Source: an uncultured bacterium
GTDB lineage: Bacteria > Planctomycetota > Phycisphaerae > Phycisphaerales > UBA1924
DNA length: 64,000 nucleotides
Assembly: GCA_965652425.1 (NCBI GenBank)
Contig: CBFGVX010000004.1
Location: forward strand, 3,078-67,077
Direction: 5' to 3'
The notes under the pieces are model-generated. The model saw nothing but the letters and a program-made list of their open reading frames with translations. It did not search any database and had not been told where the DNA came from. Position numbers and translations under genes: made by a program. Each line of letters begins with the position of its first letter. Position 1 is the first letter of the stretch. Shown here piece after piece: positions 41,213-51,071 of the stretch.

Positions 41213-42614
41213 TCACAGATTTCCGAGGAAGGGCAATCGGCGAACCCTCTGTGCGGGCCTGATCCTCTCAGCTTCTGCCTCGCTGGCTTCGATCGGCTGC
41301 GAGGATCGTGATGCGTCGCCCCCTGAAGTTCAGCAGCCAGTCGTCACGATGCTTACGGTTTCACCGGAGACCGCTTCGATCCTCAGAACCCTTACCCCCG
41401 CTCCCCGCCTCCCGCAGGATCCGACGAATCGGTATGCAGACGATCCTGCCGCGGCTCACTTTGGACAATTCCTGTTCTTCGACACAGCGCTCTCGGCCAG
41501 CGGGGCACTCAGCTGCGCTACCTGCCACAAGCCCGAAATGGCTTTTGCCGACGGTCTACCCCGAGCGGTTGCGAGCGAAGAGGGGCGACGCAACACACCC
41601 TCGATCATCAACGCCGCACATTTCGCGTGGCTCAACTGGGACGGCAGCGCGGACACGCTCTGGGGTCAAGCGGCTCGTCCGTTTGAAGCCGATCATGAAC
41701 TTGCAACGACCCGCACCAGCATCGCCAGACTCATCGGCACCGATCCCGATCGGCGGGCCGCCTACGAAGCCATCTTCGAGTCACTCCCTCCGGTCACCTA
41801 CTTTGAAGCACTGCCCGAACGCGCCATGCCGGTACTCAACGATCCCAAGCACCCGGACCAACTCGCGTGGGATTCAATGACCGATGAGCAGAAAACCGTC
41901 GTCAACAGCGTGTTCGTCAACCTCTGCAAAGCCATCGCGGCGTATCAGATGCAACTCGTCGCAGCCAACTCTCCGTTTGACCGCTTCGCACAAACCGTGA
42001 GAAGCGCGGACAGGCAACATTGGGTTGGACGAGAAGTGAACGGGTTTGGAATCGCCGAATTGCGCGGGCTCGAACTGTTCACCGGCGATGCCGGTTGCAT
42101 CGCCTGCCACGCCGGTCCGATGTTCAGCGATTTCACCTTCCACGGTGTCCGGGTCCCGCCGTTTCATGGTGGCGCCCCCGACGATTCAGGACGATTCGAA
42201 GGTCTGGGGGCTTTGCTGGAAAACCCACTCAACAGCGCGGGGCCGTTCAGCGATGCACCAGATGCTCCGGTCGCCGAGCGACTCAGATTCATGAAAGCGA
42301 GCTCTGAGAGCTGGGGAATGTTCCGAACACCGTCGCTCCGCAATGTTGCTCTGACGGATCCCTATATGCACGCAGGGCAATTCGAGGATCTGGATAGGGT
42401 GCTGGACCATTATTCGACCTTTGAGGGAGCCCTGCCCCCCGATCACCACGCGATCGGAAATCAGCTTCTGAGACCCCTCAATCTCAGTAGCGAGCAGAAG
42501 TCTGACCTCAAGGCATTTCTGCTCTCGCTGACCGATACGAACATTCCACAGCACCTCACGCGTCCCCCGGAAGCGCCTCTGCCGGTCGATCCGCAGGCCA
42601 AAACCGGTCGATAA
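41196..42614 (+). CDS. Di-heme cytochrome c peroxidase family protein (CCP/MauG superfamily), lipoprotein
   Basis: Two heme motifs, CATCH and CIACH. The block FRTPSLRNVALTDPYMHAGQF is typical of bacterial CCPs. Lipobox LASIGC. I preferred the ATG at 41196 over the track start at 41163. Confidence 0.88.
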   Translation: MCSRASHRFPRKGNRRTLCAGLILSASASLASIGCEDRDASPPEVQQPVVTMLTVSPETASILRTLTPAPRLPQDPTNRYADDPAAAHFGQFLFFDTALSASGALSCATCHKPEMAFADGLPRAVASEEGRRNTPSIINAAHFAWLNWDGSADTLWGQAARPFEADHELATTRTSIARLIGTDPDRRAAYEAIFESLPPVTYFEALPERAMPVLNDPKHPDQLAWDSMTDEQKTVVNSVFVNLCKAIAAYQMQLVAANSPFDRFAQTVRSADRQHWVGREVNGFGIAELRGLELFTGDAGCIACHAGPMFSDFTFHGVRVPPFHGGAPDDSGRFEGLGALLENPLNSAGPFSDAPDAPVAERLRFMKASSESWGMFRTPSLRNVALTDPYMHAGQFEDLDRVLDHYSTFEGALPPDHHAIGNQLLRPLNLSSEQKSDLKAFLLSLTDTNIPQHLTRPPEAPLPVDPQAKTGR

Positions 42615-42666
42615 GCGCTTTCTGATCGCACCGGTGACCCTCTCGGATACATTTGAGCCGGACACG

Positions 42667-45003
42667 ATGATTCAGAAAGCAGGCCATCGGATGAACCGCA
42701 CCACATCGAACGGACTCGTACTCGCGCTGCTCGCGGGGGGACTCTGCGGCCTCATTCCATCCACACTGCACGCCCACCCCGATGACCCGAAGATTCTCGA
42801 TGCACAGCCACCCGTCGTGGCCGAACCATATCGGCGCGATTCTTCCGAAGCCGCACTTCGCGGTGCTCCCGATTTCGAAGCGCTGGATATCGAACTGCTG
42901 AGTTGGCTCCCCGTCAACACCTTCGGGCTTGGATCGGCCGGCGCGGCGGACATCTGGGGATACACCTCCCCGTCCGGACGCGAATACGCCCTCATCACGC
43001 TCTCGAACGGCCTTTCATTCGTCGATATCACGAATCCGGGCAACGCTCAGATTGTGCAGAGCTTCAGTGGCCCGTCCAGTCTGTGGCACGATGTCAAGGT
43101 CTATGGCCACTATGCGTATGCCGTCAGCGAAGGCGGACAGGGCATCCGCATCTACGACATGCAGAACATCGACAGCGGGCAGGTTGCATCCCGCGGAACC
43201 GTCCTGACCGGCGGCGTGGAAGCAACCCACAATGTCGCCATCAACACGGACTCCGGCTACCTGTACCGCACAGGTGGCCAGAACAACGGTCTGAGAATCT
43301 ACTCGCTTGCCAACCCGGCTTCGCCTCAGTTTGTCGGCTCCTGGAGTGACCGGTATGTCCATGACGCGCAGATCGTTTCGTACGAATCGGTTCAGGTGGG
43401 CGGCCAGACCCTTCTGAACCGGGAGATCGCCTTCTGCTGCTCCGGCTTCAACGGCGGATCAGTGGACACCGGCTTGACGATCGTCGATGTAACTGACAAG
43501 TCGAACCCCGTCGTCCTGTCGCAGACCGCGTACTCCTCGCGTGCGTACTCGCATCAGGCGTGGCTCAGCGAGGATCGTCAGTACCTCTATCTGAACGACG
43601 AACTCGACGAGCAGAACTTTGGGTCATCGACAACAACACGCGTTTTCAATGTGAACGATCTGGCAAATCCGATCGAGGTCACGACCTTCACGAACGGGAG
43701 CAGCGCGATCGATCACAACCTGTATGTGAAGGACGATCTTCTGTACGCCGCGAACTATCGTTCGGGCCTGCGCATCTTCGATGTCAGCAACCCTCTGCAG
43801 GCCCAGGAGATCGCCTACTTCGACACCTACCCCGGTTCCGACAGCGCGAACTTCAACGGTGCGTGGAGCGTGTACCCCTTCTTCCGGTCGGGCAGCATCG
43901 TGGTCAGCGATATCGAGCGCGGGTTATTCGTGCTCCGCTACCGTCCACGCCAGCTTGAAATCACCGTTTCAGAGATCCCACAGCCGACGATTCAACCCAG
44001 CAAGGCAACGGCATCGCTCAGCATCTCTGAGGTCAACGGCGGATCTCTTATCAGCGCTTCGCCCCGTCTCGTGCTGAACCGTGGACAGGGAATAGAAACA
44101 TTCCCGTTGCTCTCCCTCGGCGGTGAGGAGTACCAGGCGGTGTTTCCCGAACTCGAATGCTACACCACCGTGGAGTACTACTTTGCCGCGGATGCCGCGA
44201 ACGGGACCACCGTCACCCTTCCAGCGAACGCGGAGACCCTCGGCGGATTCGAAGCGACCGTCGCCACAGCAGCTGTGGATGTTTTTGCGGACAACTTCGA
44301 TTCGGACACCGGCTGGTCCACTTTCGCACCCGGCGACAACGCGACCAGCGGCATCTGGGAGCGGGTGAATCCTGTGGGCACCATCGCTCAACCCAACGGC
44401 GCGCTCTTCGGCGAATTCTGCTTCGTCACCGGCCAGCACCCCGCTGGCGGCTCAGCCGGTTCCAGCGATGTCGATAACGGCAGAACCACCCTCACCTCGC
44501 CTGCTCTCGACCTCACTGAACACGAAAACGGCACATACGAGATCGCGTATTGGCGCTGGTACTCCAACGACGCAGGCGCCAGTCCCAACAGCGATACATT
44601 CAACATCGATATCTCCTCCGACAACGGACAGACCTGGACAAGTGTGGAGATCATCGGACCGGGCGGACCGCAGACCAGCGGCGGCTGGTTCGAGCACCGC
44701 TTCAATCCCGACGACTTCGTCGAACGAAGCTCAAGCGTCCGACTCCGGTTTGTTGCTTCCGATTTCAACCCGCAGTCACTCGTCGAAGCCGCGGTCGATG
44801 GTTTCCAACTGGTCCGCTACGAGTGCGAGCAGAACCCGCCGCTGCCCGGCGATGTCAACGGCGACGGCGCGGTCGATCTCGACGACCTGAACATCGTCCT
44901 CAGCAACTTCGGCCAGTCCACGAGCCAAGGTGATTCAGATGGCAACGGGGTCGTGAACCTCGACGACCTCAACACCGTTCTGAGCAATTTCGGACAACCC
45001 TGA
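42667..45003 (+). CDS. Secreted choice-of-anchor-B / LVIVD-repeat-like beta-propeller protein with tandem dockerin-like C-terminal module
   Basis: Signal peptide (alternative start 42691). HPDDPKILD, WGYTSPSGREYALI, LSFVDITNP, WHDVKVYGHYAYAVSE and GLRIFDVSNP are LVIVD-type propeller repeats. The C-terminus has 2 x GD(V/S)(N/D)G(D/N)GxV(D/N)LDDLNxVLSNFGQ. Confidence 0.7.
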   Translation: MIQKAGHRMNRTTSNGLVLALLAGGLCGLIPSTLHAHPDDPKILDAQPPVVAEPYRRDSSEAALRGAPDFEALDIELLSWLPVNTFGLGSAGAADIWGYTSPSGREYALITLSNGLSFVDITNPGNAQIVQSFSGPSSLWHDVKVYGHYAYAVSEGGQGIRIYDMQNIDSGQVASRGTVLTGGVEATHNVAINTDSGYLYRTGGQNNGLRIYSLANPASPQFVGSWSDRYVHDAQIVSYESVQVGGQTLLNREIAFCCSGFNGGSVDTGLTIVDVTDKSNPVVLSQTAYSSRAYSHQAWLSEDRQYLYLNDELDEQNFGSSTTTRVFNVNDLANPIEVTTFTNGSSAIDHNLYVKDDLLYAANYRSGLRIFDVSNPLQAQEIAYFDTYPGSDSANFNGAWSVYPFFRSGSIVVSDIERGLFVLRYRPRQLEITVSEIPQPTIQPSKATASLSISEVNGGSLISASPRLVLNRGQGIETFPLLSLGGEEYQAVFPELECYTTVEYYFAADAANGTTVTLPANAETLGGFEATVATAAVDVFADNFDSDTGWSTFAPGDNATSGIWERVNPVGTIAQPNGALFGEFCFVTGQHPAGGSAGSSDVDNGRTTLTSPALDLTEHENGTYEIAYWRWYSNDAGASPNSDTFNIDISSDNGQTWTSVEIIGPGGPQTSGGWFEHRFNPDDFVERSSSVRLRFVASDFNPQSLVEAAVDGFQLVRYECEQNPPLPGDVNGDGAVDLDDLNIVLSNFGQSTSQGDSDGNGVVNLDDLNTVLSNFGQP

Positions 45004-45024
45004 GCAACACAGACTGGTCCATGA

Positions 45025-48000
45025 TCAATGAGCGTGGGTGTATTCCCGCCAACTCTTGATTTCAAGAACCGCTTCGCCGCGACGCACGGACCACATCGCC
45101 TCCGACAGGCGCTCGCCGATCTGCCGGTTGGTGATCAGCGGCACATTGAAGTCGATCGCCGCACGCCGGATCCGATACCCGTTGGTCAGCTCGTCTTCCT
45201 TGTCCGCTGAGGGGATATTGATCACAAGGTCGATCTCGCCGCCCCGGATGCGCTCCACGGCGTTCCGAGACGAGTCGGATTCCAGCGGCCACTCTGCCAG
45301 TTCAGACTCGATCCCCCGCTCGGCCAGGAACTTGTGCGTTCCTTCTGTGGCGAACAGCGTGATGCCCATCGCCTTGAACCGCTCGAACGAACTGAGCATC
45401 CCGCTCTTGTTCTCGATCGTACCCACGCTGAGAAGGATCGAGCGGACCGGTCGCCTGTAACCGACGCTGAGCAGACTCTTGATGAACGCCTCGTTGAAGT
45501 CGCCGCCGAGGCAGCCGACCTCACCGGTGGACGCCATCTCGACACCCGTCGTCGGGTCGGCACCATCAAGACGCGTGAAGCTGAACTGGGGCGCCTTCAC
45601 GCCGACATGGTTCAGTTCGAAACTCCGCTTGTCCGGCTTCTCGTAGGGCTGGCCCATGATCACCCGCGTCGCCAGCTCGATGAAGTTCTGATTGATCACC
45701 TTCGAGACGAACGGGAACGATCGCGATGCGCGCAGGTTGCACTCGATCACACGGACCCGGTTGTCCTTGGCGATGAACTGGATGTTGAACGGCCCGGTGA
45801 TCTTCAGCCGCTGCGCAATCTGCGTCGAGATCCGCCGGATCCGGCGGATCGTCTCCAGATAGGTCCGCTGCGCGGGGAACACCAGCGTGGCATCCCCGGA
45901 GTGCACGCCCGCGTTCTCGACATGCTCGGAAATCGCGTACGCGACGATCTCACCGTTGTCGGCGACCGCGTCGAATTCGATCTCCTTGGCGTTATCGAGG
46001 AACTTCGAGATCACCGTCGGATACTCGGGCGACACCTTGGCCGCCACCTTGAGATACTTCGTGAGTTCCGCGTCGCTGCTGGCCACCGCCATCGCGGCAC
46101 CCGACAGCACATACGACGGGCGCACAAGGACCGGATACCCCACCTTTTCGGCGAAGCCGAGCGCGTCCTCGATCGTTGAAAGTTCCGACCACAGCGGCTG
46201 GTCGATCTTCAACTCATCCAGCAGCGCGCTGAACTTGTGACGATTCTCCGCGTTATCGATGGAAGAGGGCGCCGTACCGAGCACCCGGATTCCCGAACGC
46301 TCAAGCTTGACCGCCAGGTTGTTGGCGATCTGCCCGCCCATGGCCACGATCACGCCCTTCGGCTTGACGATCGCGCAGATGTCCTGGACGGTTTCGAAGC
46401 TGATCTCATCGAAGAAAAGCTGATGGAACTCGTCGTAGTCCGTCGAAACGGTCTCCGGGTTGTAGTTCAGCATCACCGCCTTGTAGCCCATCTTCTTGAG
46501 CGTCAGCCCCGCGGTCACGCAGCACCAGTCGAACTCCACCGAGCATCCGATGCGGTACGCGCCCGAGCCCAGCAGCAGCACGGCGTTCTCGACAGGGAAC
46601 TTCCCGTCGCTGCCGCCACCGTGATAACTCAGGTAGAGGTAATTCGTCTTCGCGGGATACTCCGCGGCGAGCGTGTCGATCTGGCGGACCGTCGGCTTGA
46701 TGCCGTGCTCCAGACGCTGCGCCCGCACCCGATCATCGGTCGTGCCGACGAGCCGCGCGATCGCCTTGTCCGAGAATCCCGCCCGCTTGGCGCGGAGCAG
46801 CGTCTGCTTGTCAAAGTCCTCATCGTCGATCTGCTCCAGATCGGCCGCGATCGCCACAATCGAAGCAAGCTTGTCGAGGAACCAGCAATCGATGAAGCTC
46901 AGTTCGTGGATCCGCTCGACGCTGTACCCGCGCCGGATCGCTTCAATCACAGCGAAGATGCGGTCGTCCGTCGGATTCTTCAGGTCGTCATCCAACTCAC
47001 CCGACGCGGACTGAACCTCATACGGGTCGTTCCCGACCACGCCGTGCTTGCCCACATCCAGCATGCGGCAGGCCTTCTGGATCGCCTCCTCGAAGGTCCG
47101 CCCGATCGACATCACCTCGCCGACCGACTTCATGCCCGAACCCAGCCGCCTCGATACGCCGCGGAATTTCTTGAGATCCCAGCGAGGCATCTTCACCACG
47201 CAGTAGTCGAGCGCCGGCTCAAAGAACGCGGAAGTCACCTGCGTGATCGAGTTCTTCAGTTCGTGCAGCCCGTACCCGAGAGCCAGCTTCGCGGCGACGA
47301 ACGCCAGCGGGTAGCCCGTCGCTTTCGACGCCAGCGCCGAAGACCTCGACAGGCGTGCGTTCACCTCGATGATCCGGTAGTCCTCGCTCTTCGGATCGAG
47401 CGCGAACTGGATGTTGCACTCACCCACGATCCCCAGGTGGCGGATCACCCGGATCGAGATCTCACGCAGCTTGTGGTATTCGCTGTTGCTCAGCGTCTGC
47501 GACGGGCACACCACGATCGACTCGCCCGTGTGGATGCCCAGCGGGTCGAAATTCTCCATGTTGCAGACCGTCAGGCAGTTGCCGTACCGGTCGCGCACGA
47601 CCTCGTATTCGATCTCTTTCCAACCCTCAAGGTACTCCTCGATCAGGATCTGGTTCGTGTGCGCGAGGCCGCGCCCGGCAAGATCCCGCACTTCTTTCTC
47701 GGTGCGGCAGACACCCGATCCCAGCCCGCCCAGCGCGTAGGCGACCCGGATCATCACCGGGTATCCGATCGCTTCCGCAGCCGCGACCGCTTCCTGCACC
47801 GTCTTGGCCGCCTTCGAGCGCGCCGACTTCGCATCTACCTCGTTCAGCCGCTTGACGAAAAGCTCCCGGTCTTCCGTATCGCGGATCGTCTCCACCGGGG
47901 TGCCGAGCACCTGCACGCCGTGCTTCTCGAGCACGCCCGAGTCGTGCAGTTTCAGACCGCAGTTCAGCGCGGTCTGTCCACCGAAGGACAGAAGCAGGCT

Positions 48001-48252
48001 GTCCGGCTTCTCCTTGGCGATCACCTCCTCGACGAAGTCGGGAGTGATCGGGAGAAAGTACACCTCGTCGGCCAGGTAGTCGCTGGTCTGGATCGTCGCG
48101 ATATTGGGGTTGATCAGGACGGTCTTGATCCCCTCCTGCTTGAGCGCTTTGATCGCCTGAGAACCGGAGTAATCAAACTCACCGGCCTCGCCGATCTTGA
48201 GCGCCGACGAACCGAGAATCAGAACCTTGCGTGGCTTGGTGTGGGTGATCAT
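45025..48252 (-). CDS. carB: Carbamoyl-phosphate synthase large subunit
   Basis: 1075 aa with duplicated ATP-grasp halves, an oligomerisation domain and an MGS-like C-terminal domain. The N-terminus KVLILGSSALKIGEAGEFDYSGSQA is canonical. Confidence 0.97.
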   Translation of the reverse strand: MITHTKPRKVLILGSSALKIGEAGEFDYSGSQAIKALKQEGIKTVLINPNIATIQTSDYLADEVYFLPITPDFVEEVIAKEKPDSLLLSFGGQTALNCGLKLHDSGVLEKHGVQVLGTPVETIRDTEDRELFVKRLNEVDAKSARSKAAKTVQEAVAAAEAIGYPVMIRVAYALGGLGSGVCRTEKEVRDLAGRGLAHTNQILIEEYLEGWKEIEYEVVRDRYGNCLTVCNMENFDPLGIHTGESIVVCPSQTLSNSEYHKLREISIRVIRHLGIVGECNIQFALDPKSEDYRIIEVNARLSRSSALASKATGYPLAFVAAKLALGYGLHELKNSITQVTSAFFEPALDYCVVKMPRWDLKKFRGVSRRLGSGMKSVGEVMSIGRTFEEAIQKACRMLDVGKHGVVGNDPYEVQSASGELDDDLKNPTDDRIFAVIEAIRRGYSVERIHELSFIDCWFLDKLASIVAIAADLEQIDDEDFDKQTLLRAKRAGFSDKAIARLVGTTDDRVRAQRLEHGIKPTVRQIDTLAAEYPAKTNYLYLSYHGGGSDGKFPVENAVLLLGSGAYRIGCSVEFDWCCVTAGLTLKKMGYKAVMLNYNPETVSTDYDEFHQLFFDEISFETVQDICAIVKPKGVIVAMGGQIANNLAVKLERSGIRVLGTAPSSIDNAENRHKFSALLDELKIDQPLWSELSTIEDALGFAEKVGYPVLVRPSYVLSGAAMAVASSDAELTKYLKVAAKVSPEYPTVISKFLDNAKEIEFDAVADNGEIVAYAISEHVENAGVHSGDATLVFPAQRTYLETIRRIRRISTQIAQRLKITGPFNIQFIAKDNRVRVIECNLRASRSFPFVSKVINQNFIELATRVIMGQPYEKPDKRSFELNHVGVKAPQFSFTRLDGADPTTGVEMASTGEVGCLGGDFNEAFIKSLLSVGYRRPVRSILLSVGTIENKSGMLSSFERFKAMGITLFATEGTHKFLAERGIESELAEWPLESDSSRNAVERIRGGEIDLVINIPSADKEDELTNGYRIRRAAIDFNVPLITNRQIGERLSEAMWSVRRGEAVLEIKSWREYTHAH

Positions 48253-48262
48253 CGTGTAGGGC

Positions 48263-49465
48263 TCACTTGCTCAGCATGCGGAGGAATTCGTCGAAGAGAT
48301 ACGCCGTGTCCACCGGACCGGGACACGCCTCGGGGTGGAACTGCACCGATCGGAAGGGTTTCCACGCGTGGCGGATGCCCTCGTTCGTGCGGTCGTTGAG
48401 GTTCTCGAACCAGGGGCGCCAATCCTCGGGCAGCGATTCCGTATCCACCGCGAAACCGTGGTTCTGGCTCGTCACGAAGCAGTTGTTCGTGCCGCATTCG
48501 ATGACCGGCTGGTTCTGGCCTCGGTGCCCGTACTTCAGTTTGTAGGTCTTGGCTCCGATCGCCAGCGACAGCAACTGATTCCCGAGGCAGATCCCGAACA
48601 GGGGCACATCCTTCGCGAGAGCCGCGCGGATCATCTCAACTGTCTTGCCGCACATCGTCGGGTCACCGGGACCATTGGAGAGCATAATGCCGTCATACTG
48701 GTCGAGTTCGCCGCTGACATCAGCATCCCACGGCACACGCGTCACGGTCGCTCCGCGCGAGGCGAGCGAACGGATGATGTTGTACTTCGCACCGGTATCG
48801 AAGAGCAGGATCTTCTTGTCCCCGCTCCCGAAGACGCCACGGTCTGCGATCGAAACCTCCTCGACAAGATTCCGCAGATTGGGGTCATCGAATTCGGCCG
48901 GCTCGCATCCCTCGACCTCGATCCGGCCCAGCATGGAGCCGTGCTCACGCAGCCGCTGAGTGAGAGCGCGGGTGTCGATGCCCGTGATGCCGGGTATGCC
49001 CTCTGTATCCAGCCAATCGCTGAGCGACTGCTGCGCGTTCCAGTGGCTGTAGCGCTCCGAGTAATCCGCAACAACCAGCCCCTTCGCGTGGATGGCGTAC
49101 GATTCACGCGTGAGCGAGAGCCCGTAAGGCCCGTTCACATCCTCCCGAGGCACCCCGTAATTTCCCACCAGCGGGTAAGTGCTCACCAGGATCTGCCCGC
49201 GATAGCTCGGATCCGTCAGTGACTCGACATACCCCACCATGCCGGTGTTGAACACGACCTCGCCCGCGATCGAGCGCTGCGAACCGAACGCACGCCCGGC
49301 GTACTCGGTGCCGTCTTCAAGCACGAGCTTCGCCCGGACTCGCTGATCGCCCCTCCTCGGAGCTTCGATCGCATCGGCATACTGAGCTTCGGTCATCGGT
49401 CTTTCTCCCGGCGATTTGGGCTCGATGGTGGCTTCGGCCCGGTTGATCTTGTTCTGTGTGGTCAT
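48263..49465 (-). CDS. carA: Carbamoyl-phosphate synthase small (glutaminase) subunit
   Basis: I chose the internal ATG at 49465. CPSase small-chain N-terminal domain plus class I GATase motifs (LFGICLGNQLL, SQNHGFAV, FSVQFHPE). Confidence 0.93.
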   Translation of the reverse strand: MTTQNKINRAEATIEPKSPGERPMTEAQYADAIEAPRRGDQRVRAKLVLEDGTEYAGRAFGSQRSIAGEVVFNTGMVGYVESLTDPSYRGQILVSTYPLVGNYGVPREDVNGPYGLSLTRESYAIHAKGLVVADYSERYSHWNAQQSLSDWLDTEGIPGITGIDTRALTQRLREHGSMLGRIEVEGCEPAEFDDPNLRNLVEEVSIADRGVFGSGDKKILLFDTGAKYNIIRSLASRGATVTRVPWDADVSGELDQYDGIMLSNGPGDPTMCGKTVEMIRAALAKDVPLFGICLGNQLLSLAIGAKTYKLKYGHRGQNQPVIECGTNNCFVTSQNHGFAVDTESLPEDWRPWFENLNDRTNEGIRHAWKPFRSVQFHPEACPGPVDTAYLFDEFLRMLSK

Positions 49466-49503
49466 GATGGAATCGCCCCTTTGTTCGACGCCCCGCGTAG
49501 GGA

Positions 49504-50121
49504 TCACCCCGGTCGGCTGCCCGGCTTCTCGACCGGGATGCCCGCTTTCACAAGCGGACACTCGGATTCCGGCCATGTGTTGAAGTGCAGTTCGCAGAGC
49601 GCCCAGGCCCCGATCGGTTTGCCCTCGCGGTTCTGCCCCGGATCAAATGTGCCGCGGCTGCGATCCACGACCGCGGCGAACCCGACCGGGATCGCACCGG
49701 CTTCTTCAATGATGGGCAGCAACTCTTTCACGCTCTTGCCCGTCGTAATCACATCTTCGGCTAGCAGAACATGCTCGCCTTCCTGCAGCGCAAAGCCGCG
49801 CCGAAGCGCGAACTCGCCGTCCTTGCGCTCGGCGAACAGCGACCGTGCTCCACACGCCCGAGCGAGTTCATACCCCCAGATCACGCCGCCGAGCGCCGGA
49901 GCCAGCACCACATCGATACGCAGCTTTCGAGGCAAGGAATCCCGCATGAGCTTCGCAACCATGCCTCCCGCGGCGGGATCCTCGAAGAGCTTCGCGCACT
50001 GGCAGTAGCGATCCGAATGCAGGCCGCTGCTGAGCTTGAAGTGACCATTCAGCAGGGCACCCGTCCGCTCGAGCAGCTTCTCCACTTCAACGGAAATCGC
50101 CGGATCAACCGACACGCTCAT
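49504..50121 (-). CDS. pyrE: Orotate phosphoribosyltransferase
   Basis: GHFKLSSGLHSDRYCQCAKLF and the PRPP-binding loop VLLAEDVITTGKS. Confidence 0.9.
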   Translation of the reverse strand: MSVSVDPAISVEVEKLLERTGALLNGHFKLSSGLHSDRYCQCAKLFEDPAAGGMVAKLMRDSLPRKLRIDVVLAPALGGVIWGYELARACGARSLFAERKDGEFALRRGFALQEGEHVLLAEDVITTGKSVKELLPIIEEAGAIPVGFAAVVDRSRGTFDPGQNREGKPIGAWALCELHFNTWPESECPLVKAGIPVEKPGSRPG

Positions 50122-50987
50122 GGTTTCGCCCCTTCACTGACGGCCTCGGACATCGCCGCTTGCAGATGACCGGCAAATCGCTGTGTGTTCTCCCGGATGA
50201 CCGTACCGATGTCCCGACCGGCATCGTCCTTTCCGGGAAGAAGCCCGCGCGTGGAGTGCAGCAGGAGTCCGGCGTCAAGAAAACCGCCAGCACCTCCCGA
50301 TGCGCTGCTTCCCCGCATCCTTCCCGCTTCGAATACCGTACTGGCATCGCCACCCTGAGCCCCGAGACCCGGAACAAGGAAGGGAATTTCAGGCGCAGCA
50401 GCGCGGATCTCCGTGATCTCCGCGGCTCCCTTCGTCGCACCCACGACCAGACCGCAGTTGCCTCCCGAATCCCAGGATCCGACATGCTCGGCGATCCTCA
50501 GATACAGCTTGTCCGGCTGGAGAAAATCCTTCGCACCGGGATTCGAAGTCAGGGCCAGAAAGTAGGTCAGGCGATCCGAATACTCCAGAAACGGCTCAGC
50601 GCTGTCGCGTCCCATCAACGGATTCACCGTTGTAGAGTCCGCGGCGAGCTCCTCGTAAATCGACTTCGCGTAATGCTTGGCGGTGGTTCCTATGTCACCA
50701 CGCTTCGCATCCATGATCACCACGGAATGTTCGGGAATCAGAGCGCGGACACGATGGAGCAGGCGAGTGCCCTCGATTCCCTGGGACTCGAAGAAGGCCA
50801 GGTTGAACTTGTACGCCGCGACGAGATCGTGCGTCGATTCGATGAGCAGACTGAAAAAGGAGAAGTAGCCGTCCGGCGTCGGTTCGAAGGCCTCGGAAGG
50901 GAGGTAATCAGGCGCGGGCTCGATCCCGGCGGAAATCGCACAGCCAGTCCGTGCGATCGCCGAGCGGAGTTTCTCGTGAGTGTTCAT
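50118..50987 (-). CDS. pyrF: Orotidine 5-prime-phosphate decarboxylase (type 2)
   Basis: I chose the internal ATG at 50987, preceded by GGGAGGAT. Motifs AYKFNLAFFE, VIMDAKRGDIGTTA and LVPGLGAQGG. The stop overlaps the pyrE start. Confidence 0.85.
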   Translation of the reverse strand: MNTHEKLRSAIARTGCAISAGIEPAPDYLPSEAFEPTPDGYFSFFSLLIESTHDLVAAYKFNLAFFESQGIEGTRLLHRVRALIPEHSVVIMDAKRGDIGTTAKHYAKSIYEELAADSTTVNPLMGRDSAEPFLEYSDRLTYFLALTSNPGAKDFLQPDKLYLRIAEHVGSWDSGGNCGLVVGATKGAAEITEIRAAAPEIPFLVPGLGAQGGDASTVFEAGRMRGSSASGGAGGFLDAGLLLHSTRGLLPGKDDAGRDIGTVIRENTQRFAGHLQAAMSEAVSEGAKP

Positions 50988-51046
50988 GAGATCCTCCCAA
51001 ATCGAGGGACAGGCCGAGTTGCAACGACCCGCAGGAATTGCCAGAT

Positions 51047-51071
51047 ACAAAACAGGCCCGCCGAGCGGGCC
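51047..51071 (-). terminator. Intrinsic-terminator-like hairpin about 60 nt upstream of pyrF (possible attenuator)
   Basis: Read on the minus strand: GGCCCGC-TCG-GCGGGCC followed by TGTTTTGT. It lies inside the 325-bp pyrC-pyrF gap. Confidence 0.55.

Noticed and set aside
46237-48399. 720-aa plus-strand ORF
   Set aside because: It lies entirely antisense to carB and carA, which have unmistakable conserved motifs. The product is Arg/Leu/Asp/His-rich with no motif, a typical high-GC antisense artefact.
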